Of a stretch of 64,000 nucleotides of DNA, positions 13,301-25,500 are shown one piece after another. The stretch's first letter is position 1. Each line of letters starts with the position of its first letter. The DNA comes from Pelomyxa schiedti (Eukaryota; Protista; Evosea), in contig JAHLWZ010000666.1 of assembly GCA_020536535.1 (NCBI GenBank), positions 1 through 64,000 on the forward strand. Direction: 5' to 3'. Under the pieces are notes generated by a model. That model searched no databases. It saw only the letters and a program-made list of their open reading frames with translations, and was not told the origin of the DNA. The position numbers and the translations under genes were made by a program.

Positions 13301-16300
13301 CATTGGCCTTGATGACTTGGGGATCCCAAGGAGTGGCTTCAAATTTCCAGCTGCAATTTGTGAGAAGGAAAGGGGATTGCCTCTGTATACCTTCCAAGGG
13401 AAACTTTCTCTGGTTTAATTTTTTTCGCCTAATTTGTTTAGTCGAGAATGGAGTAAATCTGTAGGAAACCACCTTCACGTCAGCAAGGAAGTCATAAATG
13501 CTGGCAGTGTCTTTCAGAACGGTCCTTTGAACAATGAGAATTTGGTTTATGAGGAAATATGCGTACCGGAAATACTGCTGTGTGCCTGTCCATGTGACAT
13601 TATAGAAAGTGGTTAGAAGTCGGTGTGGGAAACTCAGTAATACCCTGTGGAGGCCTAAAGGTGCCTTCATCAAATAATTCATGTGCCCCACAAAAGAAAA
13701 ACTGGGGAAAAAATGTAAAGTGGTGTGAAAGGGTGAGAAAATCTGGAACCTGTCTGTAGGGAGCTAAATTTTTTCGACATACACTGCTCACTCGACTTAG
13801 GTTGGTAGTGGTTGGTAAAGCATCTTCAGCTGAGAGATCTCTTGGAGGTGCTTTGAGGTAGGGGTCTCTTAGCTCTTCCAAATCGCCTTGTAAAACTTTA
13901 TCTACTCTCAAGAGAAGCCAAAAATTGTCCTTTTCTTTTTTCAAAAAATTTAAGTGGGCTGTTGCATTTAACCTTTGTATTTGGAATGCTAAAAATCCCT
14001 TGTGCGAATTGGAGAATTGGGTCTGGCTCTTCCTGAAGAGCATTTAGATAAGAATTTGTCGCACAACACAAACTGGATTTGATGCATTCAAGATGTTGCG
14101 AACATGTGGACTGTTGAAGTCAAAATAAAAGTTCTCAGAGACTTTGGTCCTTGTCGTGAGATTATACAATGCCAAGCAGCCAAAAAGAGGTTCCAGCAAG
14201 TCATAACAAAATTTGATGTACTTCACACTTACAAGAACTTGTGTCCTGGAGTATGTAATTCATTACTATGATATAATAGTTGGTGCACTTGTCTAATTTT
14301 GGTTTGTAGTACTTCTTTCACATACTGCAAGAGATGTGTTTCCTTTGCTTTCAGATGACGGTATTCCCGCTCCAAAGATCTCCATGTCATGTCGTAGTTG
14401 TAAAGAGAGGTTAAGTGAGTGTGCTCCACCATCTGCCTTGAGAATTACAATTAACTATTGGAATATTACTCGAGTACCCTATCTTTTGCTAAAGAGGTGG
14501 ACTCCTCATCCTGCAGAAGCCAATCTTTATGAATCAGATCAGGTGTGGTGTTGGCTTGAATGGAGTTAATGTCATAGGTATGATTGAGTGACATTACGAT
14601 TTTCTTGCAGTGGAGTTACAGATTCATATTCATCAGTTTCGGTCCCTCTCTCACTTTGGATATGGCGAAATTGGGTGAAGTTGTGCCGCACCACTTTGTG
14701 TGGAGCATAGTAATATTCCAAGAAGTATTGCAATGGTGGTGAGTATGTGTCAGTATCGATGGAAATGTCCTCATATTTATTGGATTGTGTTTCAACAATG
14801 ACATCATCACTGGGAAACTGACACAAGGGGTCCCGAAGAGCCTCATCAGATTGGAATCTGGCCTCATAATAATCTGTATTACTTGTTGATGGTTCTGGAG
14901 CCTAGATATAAGTAAACGACAATAGTAAGTTGAAAATAACAACATAAACCAATTGTGCACCTCCCATAAGAAGGCTGGTCAAATCAAAGAAAAGCTGAAA
15001 CCCAGCACCAGCACCAGATGACTCTTGAGATTCGGGTTTTTCTGTTGCAGGTTTTGTATCTGAATTTGAGTCTGCTGCAGCTGCAGTGTCAGTTGCAGAA
15101 TCCAGTGGAGATGGAGATGACACTGATTCTTCGTTGACGAGCTTAGTTGAAGTACGTTCTCTTGGAGAAACTTTCATTGCGGTAGAAGTTTCCTACTCAA
15201 GTAAGAAGCATGCAGGAATGTAGAAATATATACCCTCCCAGAAGACTCTTCCATAGAACTGGCTTCCATTGGCTTTTTGGAATTAAGATACAATCCGTCA
15301 CTGTTTGGAAGCATACCATTTTCTCAGACGTGACAAGGGACTTAAAATTAGAGAATTCTGTGAAATTGACATACCCCTGGGTGCTCCTGCCAACTTGATC
15401 CACAAGTACCTTTTGGAAGACTGTATTAGATCAACATGAAAGAGAAAGAGGGAAAAAAGTTGAAGTAAAAACCTGGATGTGAGAAGTTGACATCTTCTTA
15501 TGAAACTCATGTTTACACAACTGTTTAAGCTCGTTCACAGACAAGCTCCCTCTCCCAGTTGTATCATACTTTTTGAAGCAGCGCAGTTCATCATCATGAA
15601 CTGAGCCACTTCGCGCTCTGGAGTGTCTGGTAGGTTCTGTGGAACTGTTCTGCTGAAGGTACAATTGTCGTGGAGTGGTCACAGGAGTTCCTTCATGTTG
15701 TGGAGTAATTGCTCTCGGTGGTGGAGTTGTTGATGGAGCTACAAAGGTGGAAAATGATGCATGCAAAGAAGATGAAGAAGAAGTAGAGGAAGCCGATAAT
15801 GAGCTTCCTCGCCTTCTGGCAGCAGAGAGATGGGAAGATTCCGACCCTCCGCCCTCCAAGCTGCCCTCAGTGTTGTTCTTAGAGGGATGCCCATCAGAGG
15901 TGCCTTCCTTCGGTGTTTCACCATCCTCCCTGTTCTTGCCCCTGCCTTCTTGCTCATCATCACTCCCCCGCGAGTGTTTGCGCTTCTCTTTGTGCTTCTC
16001 ACCGTGGTCACTACTACCACCACCAGCAGCAGACCTGTCCTGGTGCCTGTCCTCGTCCCTGTCATTGTCATTCCGCCTGTACTTGTCAGAGCCTCGGTCG
16101 TGCTCGCCCCCCCTGTGCCTCGCGCTTTCGATATGATGATGGCCCTCCTCCTCGTCCTCGCCCCCGTGCTTACTCGCGGGCTTGTGCCTCCCCCCGTCTC
16201 TGTCCCTATCTCGTTCCCGCTCCCTCTCCTTCTCCTTCTCCTTCTCCTTCTCCCTTTCTCGCTCTCGTTCTCTTTCTCTTTCGCGCTCCCTGTCCCTGTC

Positions 16301-16747
16301 CCTGTCCCCCCTGTCCCGCTCTCTGTCCCCCCTGTCCCTGTCCCGCTTGGCCGACCCTCGCTCGTCGTCGCTGCCCACCGTGCTGCCGTGCTTCTTCCTG
16401 CGGCCGGCGTCCTTCCTCTCCTCCCCGTGCTCGCTGCCCCTGCGGCGGTGGCCCCCTCCTCCTCCTCCGCCCCTCGCGGGGCGCTCCCCGCTGCCTCCTC
16501 CTCCTCCTCCTCCCCCGCCGTCCTCGCTCGCGACCTCGCTGACCGTCGCTGCCGCGCTCTTGGACGCCTCGCTGGCCGCGTCGTCCACCGCCGACGAGGA
16601 CGTGGTGCACGACGCCTGCGTCGCGGTCGCCGACTCGCGGGGCGCGGGCGACGCCGAGTCCGCGCTGTACGTGGTGGGCGAGATCTCGCGTCTCGTTCTC
16701 TCCCTGTTGCGATTGGTTCCTCCAAGCAGGTTAAGCACTTTGGACAT
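4314..16747 (-). CDS. DOCK-C/D (zizimin-type) Rho-family GEF with DHR-1 and DHR-2
   Basis: DOCK motifs appear in order: DPLCQFPSDDV, EPLFGCLALY..KVSENFYFDFN, NIYLYPENV, WFVFDIISKSL, LALFLRDLLSVFHRG, DYEHFIALCLP, PPLHISWLRKLAVEH, AELYE, YKEKP, IPFTEFGKSQ, KIILQTEHAFPWVLTRQ, TPIENIIE, LQSLLSGSVLP. Both ends are low-complexity. Confidence 0.92.
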
Positions 16748-16959
16748 GTCTACACCTTTGGGCGAGGTCTTTTTTTTTTTTTTGTTAAATCGTCTGGATT
16801 ATTTCTCGTAAAAGAGATTTGGTTTTTCCGTTGTCACTATTGGACGAAAAATAAAAAAGAGAGCTTCTTGTTAGTCTGTGGGTGTGTCCAACAGGTACTT
16901 GAGTGAGTCTTGGTCTGGTTTTTTTCTTTGTTTGCATGTGATGCTGGAGTTAATCCAGA

Positions 16960-17859
16960 CTAAAATGAGAGCCTAGAGCGTTTTGTTGTGTCCTTAGAAA
17001 TTCCAAACCTTGCTGCTCTCTTCCTCTGCCTCTCGGCTTCTGATTCAGCAGGGGCATTTTTGACTGTTACAACTTTTGTGTGTGTTGATTGAGTGCTTGT
17101 GGAAGTTGTTGTGGTTGAAGTCGTGGGGGTTGTTGGTTCTGCCGTGGAACTAGTCCCAAAGCGCTCCAGCCGCTTTTTTCTACGATCGGTAGAATTCTCT
17201 GGACAGAACCGAACGGAGCGTGACAGTTTTCGGTCTTCAGTAAGAAGCTCATCTAAAGAAATGTTTGATTTGTTGTGTCAATTACACGTAATTGTCATAT
17301 AACGGGGATATTCCATACCAACTGTAGGGACGCCAGAAGGTGATTCTGTTACTGGGATAGTCGTTGTGTGTATAAATGACTTTTCTGCTAACAAGCTTGT
17401 AGCTACGGGTGCAGGACCAGGGGTACTTTTTTTGAACTTTCTTTTTCTAGCCTGTTATATGACAGGTGTTGGTTTTTTTTTTTTTTCGGTTGTTAAAATA
17501 ATTTTGCCAATATACATATGAAAATTGTAATCATTATTATGGGTCACTGATTTTTTGCGAGAATGAAACGAGGGCAAATGATACCTCAAGTCGTGCTAAG
17601 TCGTTAGCAGGTTCTTGAAGTACTAGAGAAGTTGTTTTTTTTTCGGGAATGCCAAACCTAACAGCGCGGGCAGCAGCACTTCCCTTGGAGGTTCCTGTTG
17701 TTGTGGTTGTGCGAGGTTACTCTGGGAGAAAGGGAATTGTGGGATGGGAAGGAGGGAACGTGTTGTGTTTTGGAGTACGTAAAAAGCGACGCCAGCACAT
17801 TAACTTATGGGATTACCCTTGAGTGCAATCACGTGGCGCTTGGAGTCATCGGTCGACAT
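16960..17859 (-). CDS. Small Tho1/SARNP/MOS11-like protein with repeated R-x-x-R-F motifs
   Basis: Four-exon model (ATG 17859, TAG 16960) contains ARAVRFG, ARKRKFK, KRLERFG and KRAARFG separated by T/S-rich linkers; no SAP domain seen. Confidence 0.6.
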
Positions 17860-18245
17860 CTAACGACTGCCCTCGAGTTTTCTTTCTTTTCGCGGATGTG
17901 ATTAGACCTGGAACTTCAGCTACTGTCTTTCTTCCAGAAACCTGGATGAGAGGATACAGCGAACACGAGAATATGACATAGCCCTATCAAGCACTCGTTT
18001 GTAGTTTTTGTTGTCCATTACCTAGTTTCCTGGAATGATGATAATAATTTTCCGCCTCTTCCCGCCGAAATCGCCCTTGTTTTGCTGGTGAAATCACATT
18101 TTCCGGACAGTAATGACCGAAGTGGATCAGATGGCACAAACAAAAGAAACTCGCTGAAGTGAGGAGATCCCTTTTACATTCAATTAAATGCGACAAAGGC
18201 ATTCGTTCAGAACTAACGTGCGGCAGACACAGCGGCATTATTATT
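17860..18245. promoter_or_regulatory. Putative bidirectional promoter (SARNP-like / MEDS-cyclase)
   Basis: ~390-bp gap between divergent start codons. Confidence 0.5.
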
Positions 18246-20450
18246 ATGAACTCTACAAACGGATCTTGCTCGGTCGGCGGTTCACACACGTTGGTTCTGT
18301 ACTACACCGCATGTGATATGTTGAAGTACATTGGGGATTTTCTGGCCGTAGGGATTAGAAACAAGGAGTTTTGTGCTTGTCTCTACGAAGGTTTTAATGT
18401 GCTTTTTTTTTTTTTTTTTTTCTAAGTGCAGTAGACCCAATCGAGGAATCGGCAATCGCTAAAGCTGTAGAGAGTGCTGGGTTGAATGAGGGAATGTGGT
18501 CAGAGGCTATCGAAGCTGGTAATGTGGTTTGCTTAAAGCTGCCAGCTGCAGTATATCGCGAGACAGGCATCCTAACAGTACTTTTCGCTCTCGGAAGTGT
18601 ATAGTACTCACCGCGTAATAGAAAGTATCTGCTCTCTTCAGGTTGTGCAGGGATGCTCCACAGTCCGAGTCGGGGCTGAGGGTGTGCCGAGTTGTGGGAG
18701 CCCTGAGTTACCCTTTTGAGCCACGCCATACGGAAAGAATATCAACATATGAGACAGTCAGTGAAATTTGGCTGAGAGTGATGCCCGTACACGCCTTATG
18801 CTGCTATCCAGTTACTGGAGTAGGCATGTGCTCAGAACAACCGAACGCAATTGACACCATTTATTGGCAGATATCAAGCAAATTCTGAAAATTGCTGAGG
18901 CACACCCCCGAGTAGTTATCTGTGAGTCTGGCATGGTCCACACCATCAAGGACGAGAAGATGTTCTCTAGTATTGGAGTGAAGGCCCTGATTGCAAGCTC
19001 CACTGCCCCTGTATCTTTGGATCAGCTGGGCGTTAGTTCGATTGAGCAACTTGAAGGAGGTTCAGTGAATTCAAATTCATGCCCTCTTTACGGTATGCAG
19101 AACTCCGACCACCTTTTCCTGAAGAGCAGCATGATTTACTCAGCAATGCAGCGTTGTTGACAATCCTCAGTTCTCTGTGTGATGGTGCAATGGTTTTCTG
19201 GGTGGTCCCTGATGACAATGGCATTGTTTCAAGAGTTGTTTATGCACCAGTCGGTGATTCCCAAGCGGGTTCAATCTCAATGCAACTAGTTGGGAAGAGG
19301 TTGTCTACCCTGCTGGTGGAGGCATCTTCAGGATACCTCAACGGACTTCCATGCATATTTCGTGACGTGGTGTGGAGCCCGAATAGTCCAGCAGGGCTTC
19401 TGTTTTTACTCTACTCCACACCTTCACCTACACTCCATCATTCCCTCCTCGACGCTATCATCCTCTCCCTCACATGTGGAAACTTTTATTCAAGGTTTCA
19501 GGTAGGTCTTTGTTTTGGAATCCGCAATCTCACTCATTGAAGGTTGCGATGTTTGGCCTGCTATTAGATATCTTCCCTGTGCACGTGGTGAAGTTACTAC
19601 TTAATTCACATGTGGGTCCAACAAGACATGTAATTACTGAGAACTATAATTCAGTGGCAGTGTGCTTTATAGATATTTGCAAGTAAGTGCAGGAACTCGG
19701 ACTGGCGAAAAGACTTATACCTACAGATTTTCAGAATTCTCGAGGACGTGTAGTTCTGGGGATGTAGTAAACATTCTAAATTCTCTTTTCTCTTCCTGGG
19801 ATTTGTTGTGTAATAAGAATGGATGTTGGAAATTGAAGACGATGGGAGACTGCTATGTAAGTACCCTCACATACCCTCAATAAATGTTCAGTTTTCGTTA
19901 GATTGTAGCCAGTGGATTACCTGCCAAAGTCGACCACCCTACTGCAAGCATAACTCGCTTTGCTTTCAGTGCTATGGAGTCTTGCAAGAGCATGTGGAAA
20001 TGTGTCAGAGACTTCCCTATTCAAGTACTTCCCTCTCAGGTTTATTCACAAATAACATCTCAAGGTTAAGGTTGGTATACACTTTGGGCCTGTTGTGGCA
20101 GGAATTATAGGTTCAATGAGAACCTCCTACGATATATGGGGTGCGTAATATTTTAATTTTTACTATGTACACCAACGAAATACTCAGGAGAGACCGTGAA
20201 CGTGGCACAGAGGGTGCAAGAATCCAGCACCCCAGACCGTGTAACAATAACAGAAGCGGCTCTCTCGGATCTGTGCAGTTCCTTTCCTGAGTCTGAAGAT
20301 ACTGGACCGGTTCGGCCAACATCTCCAGACGGAGTCAGTGCTGCCCGACCTTGTTGTGGCACCAAAGGTGACTACCGGTGGGAATCAAGAGGCACCCTCA
20401 ACCTCAAAGGCCAAGCCCCAGTGGACTGTTTCTTTCTAGAAAAAACCTGA
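18246..20450 (+). CDS. Soluble class III adenylate cyclase with N-terminal MEDS-like sensor domain and a possible PAS-like middle domain
   Basis: Cyclase motifs: LLLDIFPVHVVKLL, VCFIDIC, KLKTMGDCY, VASGLP, VKVGIHFGPVVAGIIG, SYDIWGETVNVAQR, RGTLNLKG. N-terminus: HTLVLY..FLAVGIRNKEFC, AIEAGNVVCL..VYRETG, CRVVGALSY..ISTYE, ALCCY, AEAHPRVV. Confidence 0.88.
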
Positions 20451-20531
20451 GCAACCCACTTCAAGAAATATAATAGGTGTTGTTTGTTTTGCTGGGATAT
20501 ATTTCTTTTTGTAGAGCGTTGCCTGTAGTAT

Positions 20532-22417
20532 CTAAAGGAGGCCAGAGGTTGGGGGGTACTGTAGGTATGCAACCTGCAACAGGTTGAGTGTAAAAAGGAT
20601 GAGTGACACACAATACCTGCTGCTGCCCCAATTGAGGGTATAGATTGCCTTGAGTAGCATTTGGATAAACCACAGTGGGTGTCCCCTGTGGTAACTGCTG
20701 TTGTTGCTGCTGTTGCTGCTGCTGTTGCTGTTGCTCTTGCTGTTGCTGCCGTAGCTGTTGTTGTTGCATTAGAATTTGTTTCTGTTGTTCTTCTTGCCTT
20801 TGAGCTAAAAGTTGCTGTTGTTGTTGAAGTATCTGTTGTTGTTGTAGAAGGAGTTGCTGTTGTTGTTGCTCTTGTGACTGGTGGAGTTGGAGCTGTGCGT
20901 TTTTCTCTTGGGAGGGGAAAATATCATCCAAAAGAAGAAGGGGTTGTGAAGGAGCTGCTTGGGTTGCGGTGCCTTGATTTTGTTGTAATTGCTGGGATTG
21001 GCTTGGTGGTGGTTGAGCCTGTGGCTGGGGCTGTGGCTGAATTTGAGGTTGAGTTTGAGTTTGGGTTTGAAGTTGAGGTTGTGGTTGGTTAACAGATTGG
21101 ACTGCAGAGGGTTGGAGAACTTGTGTGGAAGATGACAGAGTTGATGGGAAGGTCATTTGGGATGATAACGCTGCTGATGAGGATGTCTGCTGCTGGGAGG
21201 GCGGCATCGAATTAGGTGGGGGTGGAGGATTAACAACCTCCACAACCGGGACAATTGGGAAGCTGCCAGTTTGGACTGGGCTCTGCGTTGTGGTTGAATA
21301 GTAGTAGGATGAGGAGAGTTGGAGCCCGCTGGTGGGAGTTGATGATGCTGTCATTGGTATGGCTCGTCTTTTGGCTTCATCTATGCATGCCGCCAGGTGA
21401 TTGTCGAGAAATGACACAGGGAATACCTTGCAGCACATCGGGCAGTGGCCAACAGCAACAGAACTTGTGCTGTCAGTGTTAGGGGTTGTAGCTGGAGAAG
21501 CTGTAGGTCCAGTTACAGTAATGGGTGTACCCCCAATGTTATAATATTGTGCAACAGGTTGAGCACCACCCCAAACAGATTGAGCATTATGTTCAACACC
21601 ACCAAATACACTGCCGCTCATCATAACTGATGCCGCTAAATTCGGCTGGCTGGGCGGGGTTCCATAGGGATTTACCATTGGGCGTGGCGTTGATGCCGGT
21701 GTAGACACAGGTTGTTGTGAGATAGTGAAGGAAAGGCAAATATAGCCTGGGTATTTGCGTTGGTCAGTTGTCAGAGAGCAGTTGTATGGAGGAAGTAGCT
21801 TGAACCAGGCGTCCTTGAGCTGAGGTAGTTGCCCAGTATTCGAGGTTGCAGAGCATGCAGCAAAGAGAAGTGGAATAGGTATTTCTAGCCGCCCAATTAT
21901 TTCCTTTGTCCACCAGTGTGAGCCGAAAACAAACACCTGTTAATTGTTTGGACAAAAAGCCAATGAAAAGGAAGATATATATTATAATAGAGAAGTAATA
22001 GATGGTTTGCTTTCTAACCTGCAGGCAGTCATTAATCGGAGACAGAGATAGTGGGACAGAGAGTTTCTGATTGTACTTGGGGTTGACAGTATCCTTGACT
22101 ACTCTAGTGCCAGACATTCTCTGTCCATTGAGATAAGCAACAACATATGTATCTGATGTAGTGCCTCCAATATTGGTACCCTTTAGGTCTCTGGCCTCTA
22201 CAACTAAATACAATAGGGAAAAAAAACAAAGTTTACAAGGCGGAAAAAAAAAAGTCGTTTGAAGGGTCGCGCGCTGCAAGTAGCACGGAAAGGAAAAAAA
22301 AAACAACGAACTGTGAATTAAACAGGACGTTCGGTTACCGTGGACAGCAATGACTTGTGGGTTTGTCACTTTGGCAGGCACACCGGGAAGTGTTACAGAT
22401 GGCAAAAACGAACTCAT
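20532..22417 (-). CDS. C2-domain protein with UBZ4-like zinc finger and Gln-rich tail
   Basis: VVEARDLKGTNIGGTTSDTYVVAYL..TRVVKDTVNPKYNQ and IIGRLEIPI (C2); CPMCCKVFPVSFLDNHLAAC (C2HC finger); polyQ tracts. Confidence 0.75.
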
Positions 22418-22576
22418 TTTTTTTCCCCTTTTCGTTGACAACTACACGACGTTTCGCCCACGTCGCCCGATTTTTTTTTGTGTTTTTGTGTTGGCTGAAA
22501 TTTTTTGAGATAAATTGTTTTATAGGCTATGTACGAAATAGATAGACAAGTGTTGGGGTTGTGGGTAGTGATGGTG

Positions 22577-25500
22577 CTATGATACAATGGTGAGTCTTGC
22601 ACCACATGCAAGGCAATCCTGTACATCACCTGGAGTGCTGATTGTTTGCGGTGGTGATACTGGTTGGTTGTTGGGTGTTTGTTTAGTGAACAGAAGTGCT
22701 TTGGGTGGTGTGGTGAATCCAAATTTAGAGGAGACGGCACTGAAGAGGTCCTCAACACTTACGGACTGAGGCACTTCAACCCACCGTGTGTTGGCTTCAA
22801 ATGTGCAGCAGAACCGTGTCTATGGTTTTTGGAGAGTTAGGTTGTGAATTCTTGGTGTTGGAATTGAGTGGGGTTGAAGGGGAATACCCTCTTTTGTTGG
22901 CCCAGGGCAGTGACATCGGGCAAATTTTTGCCTTTTTTGGGATTTGCCAGCATTGCTATACTAGAGCAGCTTCCGGTTGCTGATAAGGCATAACTGGTGC
23001 CATCAGAGCTAGAACTGGCAACTCCACTCACACCCATGCTGCCAAGTCCCCCAGGAGTTACCCCAATGTCAGAATCTGTATCCGAACTTGCGTTGTCTAA
23101 ACTTGCAGTAGCACTCGCACTGGCACAAGCACTAGCACTGGCCCCGGCGCTGGCGCTAGCACTGGCGCCTGAGGCACTGCTTAAATTTGAGTTGATTCCA
23201 GTTCCGGAAGCTCCTGGCCTTACTGTTGTTGAGTCCCGCAAGGGGTCATTTATAGGGGGGGTGGAGACGGGTGGTGTGCATGTGGGGGTGGGAGTGCTAG
23301 CGGGAGGCATTTCACCCCTGCTTGGGTGACGAAGATGCTTGGCAATTTTTCCCTGTATTACACGTGAGTCGAGGTGAATGTGAAAGCGCCTCCATACGAG
23401 TCCAAGTGTATAAGAACGCCTCTTAGGTTGTGTACAGTCGGATGGAGCTGAGAGCATATCTTCTACTAGTGAAGGATCGACTCCTTTTTTGGGTTGATAT
23501 GGGTCAAGTGAAAGAAATGGAAGGAAAGAAAACCAGAAGCTACAGAAGCCTTCTTTAAGCCAGAATCGAGTTTTTTGATAATACCGTCTATCTGAGATAC
23601 CCAAAATTCCAGTTCCTCAGCAGTGTTCACAACCGTAATGTACTTCGCAGTACCCACATGGTTCAGTTCAAAAGCCAGGTGACTTGGATTCATTCCGGCA
23701 TTCTTTTTTGCCTCGACTGTCAAGGAAGAAATAGAAACCATGTCCAGAGAAATTTGCGATTTAAGTTGCAGTCGGGAGCAAAGAATGGAGGGTTTGGCAC
23801 GAATGATTAGGTCAGTGAATAGGAAGTAGCGCATGTCAGTCATCCCAGATTTGGGAGGCTTGTTTCTTTGTTAGAGGAGTCATAATTACTGACACATACA
23901 GAAGACCACTCTTTGAAAAAGCCCTCTTTGATAAACCGTCTCGTGGGTGAGATCAGCTTTAGAGGCTAAAATTACAGTCAATATTAAAGTGCAAAGACAT
24001 CTTGAGGCATACTCCTGTAGAGTTCTCTATAAGATTCTGAATTTCAAGAATTTTGGTATTATTTTCGTCATTTTTCTTGGTGTCATTGAGACGTTCAATG
24101 ACTTCCTGAATTTTGTCTCCAGTTTTCTTCAGAAGTTGCGTAGTTTCTTCAGAGTCAATATTTTTTTGTATTTCCTATCAGTGTAAGCTCTCATAAGATT
24201 ATTTGGATCTTACTCGTATTAGGAGAGTATATCGGCATAGTCGTTGGAATGGTTTAATAAGTAGATCACGGAGTTGGAGTTTGCGAAGTTGTGGATTTTT
24301 GTATGTCTCCTTGGTGGATGTGAGTATTGACGAGGAAAGGATCCTCTCATACATTAATAAAAGATCGGAAATTTGCTTTCTTCATTTTCTTTTGTAAGAC
24401 TGCTGAGCTGGAGTCTTGATGTCCACAGAATTCCGTATAATACTTTAGAATTTCGGGCTTGTTTCCATATAAGCATAGGCAAGTAAAAAAGGTATACCAT
24501 CTTAGCCCAGGACTGTCCAATAGTTTTGAATGTGGCAGATTTAAAAGTTCTGTGGAAAGTTGAGTTGCAAAGAGGCTTTGAGGGTATTTACAGCAATAAG
24601 TCTGAGTTCATTTTGTAAATAGTCTCAGCACAACTGAAAATGGCATAAATATTTCTATCAGAAAGGAGATGCTTTTCTCTAATCGGTTTAATAAACAACT
24701 GCATAATATAAGTACCGAGATAAATTGTTAATAGTGGTACATTGACAAGTAACTGTAAATCGCCAACATATCGTTCCTCTGTGCCAGCTAGTTCACTCAG
24801 GATATCACCATAGGCTTCACATGGTGACTAACAAATGCAATTGTAATGTTAAAATCATAATAGGAGAAGGATTAAAAAACAACCAGAGGGGCAGAGATAA
24901 CTAACGATTCCTCATCTTCAACATGCAGCGAGTGACTAGTATCTACACTTGAAAGTCCTGGACGGGGTGTTGTTGATGTTGATGATCTAGGGGTTCCAGG
25001 GGATTCGGTGTTATGTGAATCACTTGAGAGTGTAGTTGAGCTTTTGAGGGAAAAGCCTGGGGGAAATAGGCTTTTTTTTTGAGGTCCTACTGACAGTTGT
25101 GTTGCTGGTGTTGGGGAAATTGTTGGAGATACGGAATTAAGTGGTACAGGAGATGAGGCCGGCGTTGCAGAGACTGGAAAAAGAGATGGAGCAGGTGCTG
25201 AGGGTGCTAGTGATATAGACTGCGGGTTAGCAGAGAAAACAGTGAGAGGTGCGTCTTGGTCAACAGCCATAATCACCTTCAGGGCCTCCAACAGACGGGC
25301 CGAAGGAGGAGGTGCCTGGGGCAATGGAGGTTTTATCTTTCGCTGCTTCGAAAGTGTGGAAGGAACACCCTCGGCGAGGTGCGGAGTTCTAGGAGTGGTG
25401 CTCTGTGTGGGTGCCCCAGGTGCCACGGCTAATGTTCCTTGCGACGTGGAGTTTGGAGGATTGGCAGTTGGGGTTGTGGAGACTGTATTTGCTGGCAATG

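Noticed and set aside
15675-16906. Long plus-strand and alternative-frame ORFs over the DOCK 5' exon; similar ORFs at 4336-4776, 25719-26920, 48658-50535 and 58651-59234
   Set aside because: Shadow ORFs caused by stop-poor GC-rich low-complexity sequence opposite or overlapping real exons; no domain content.
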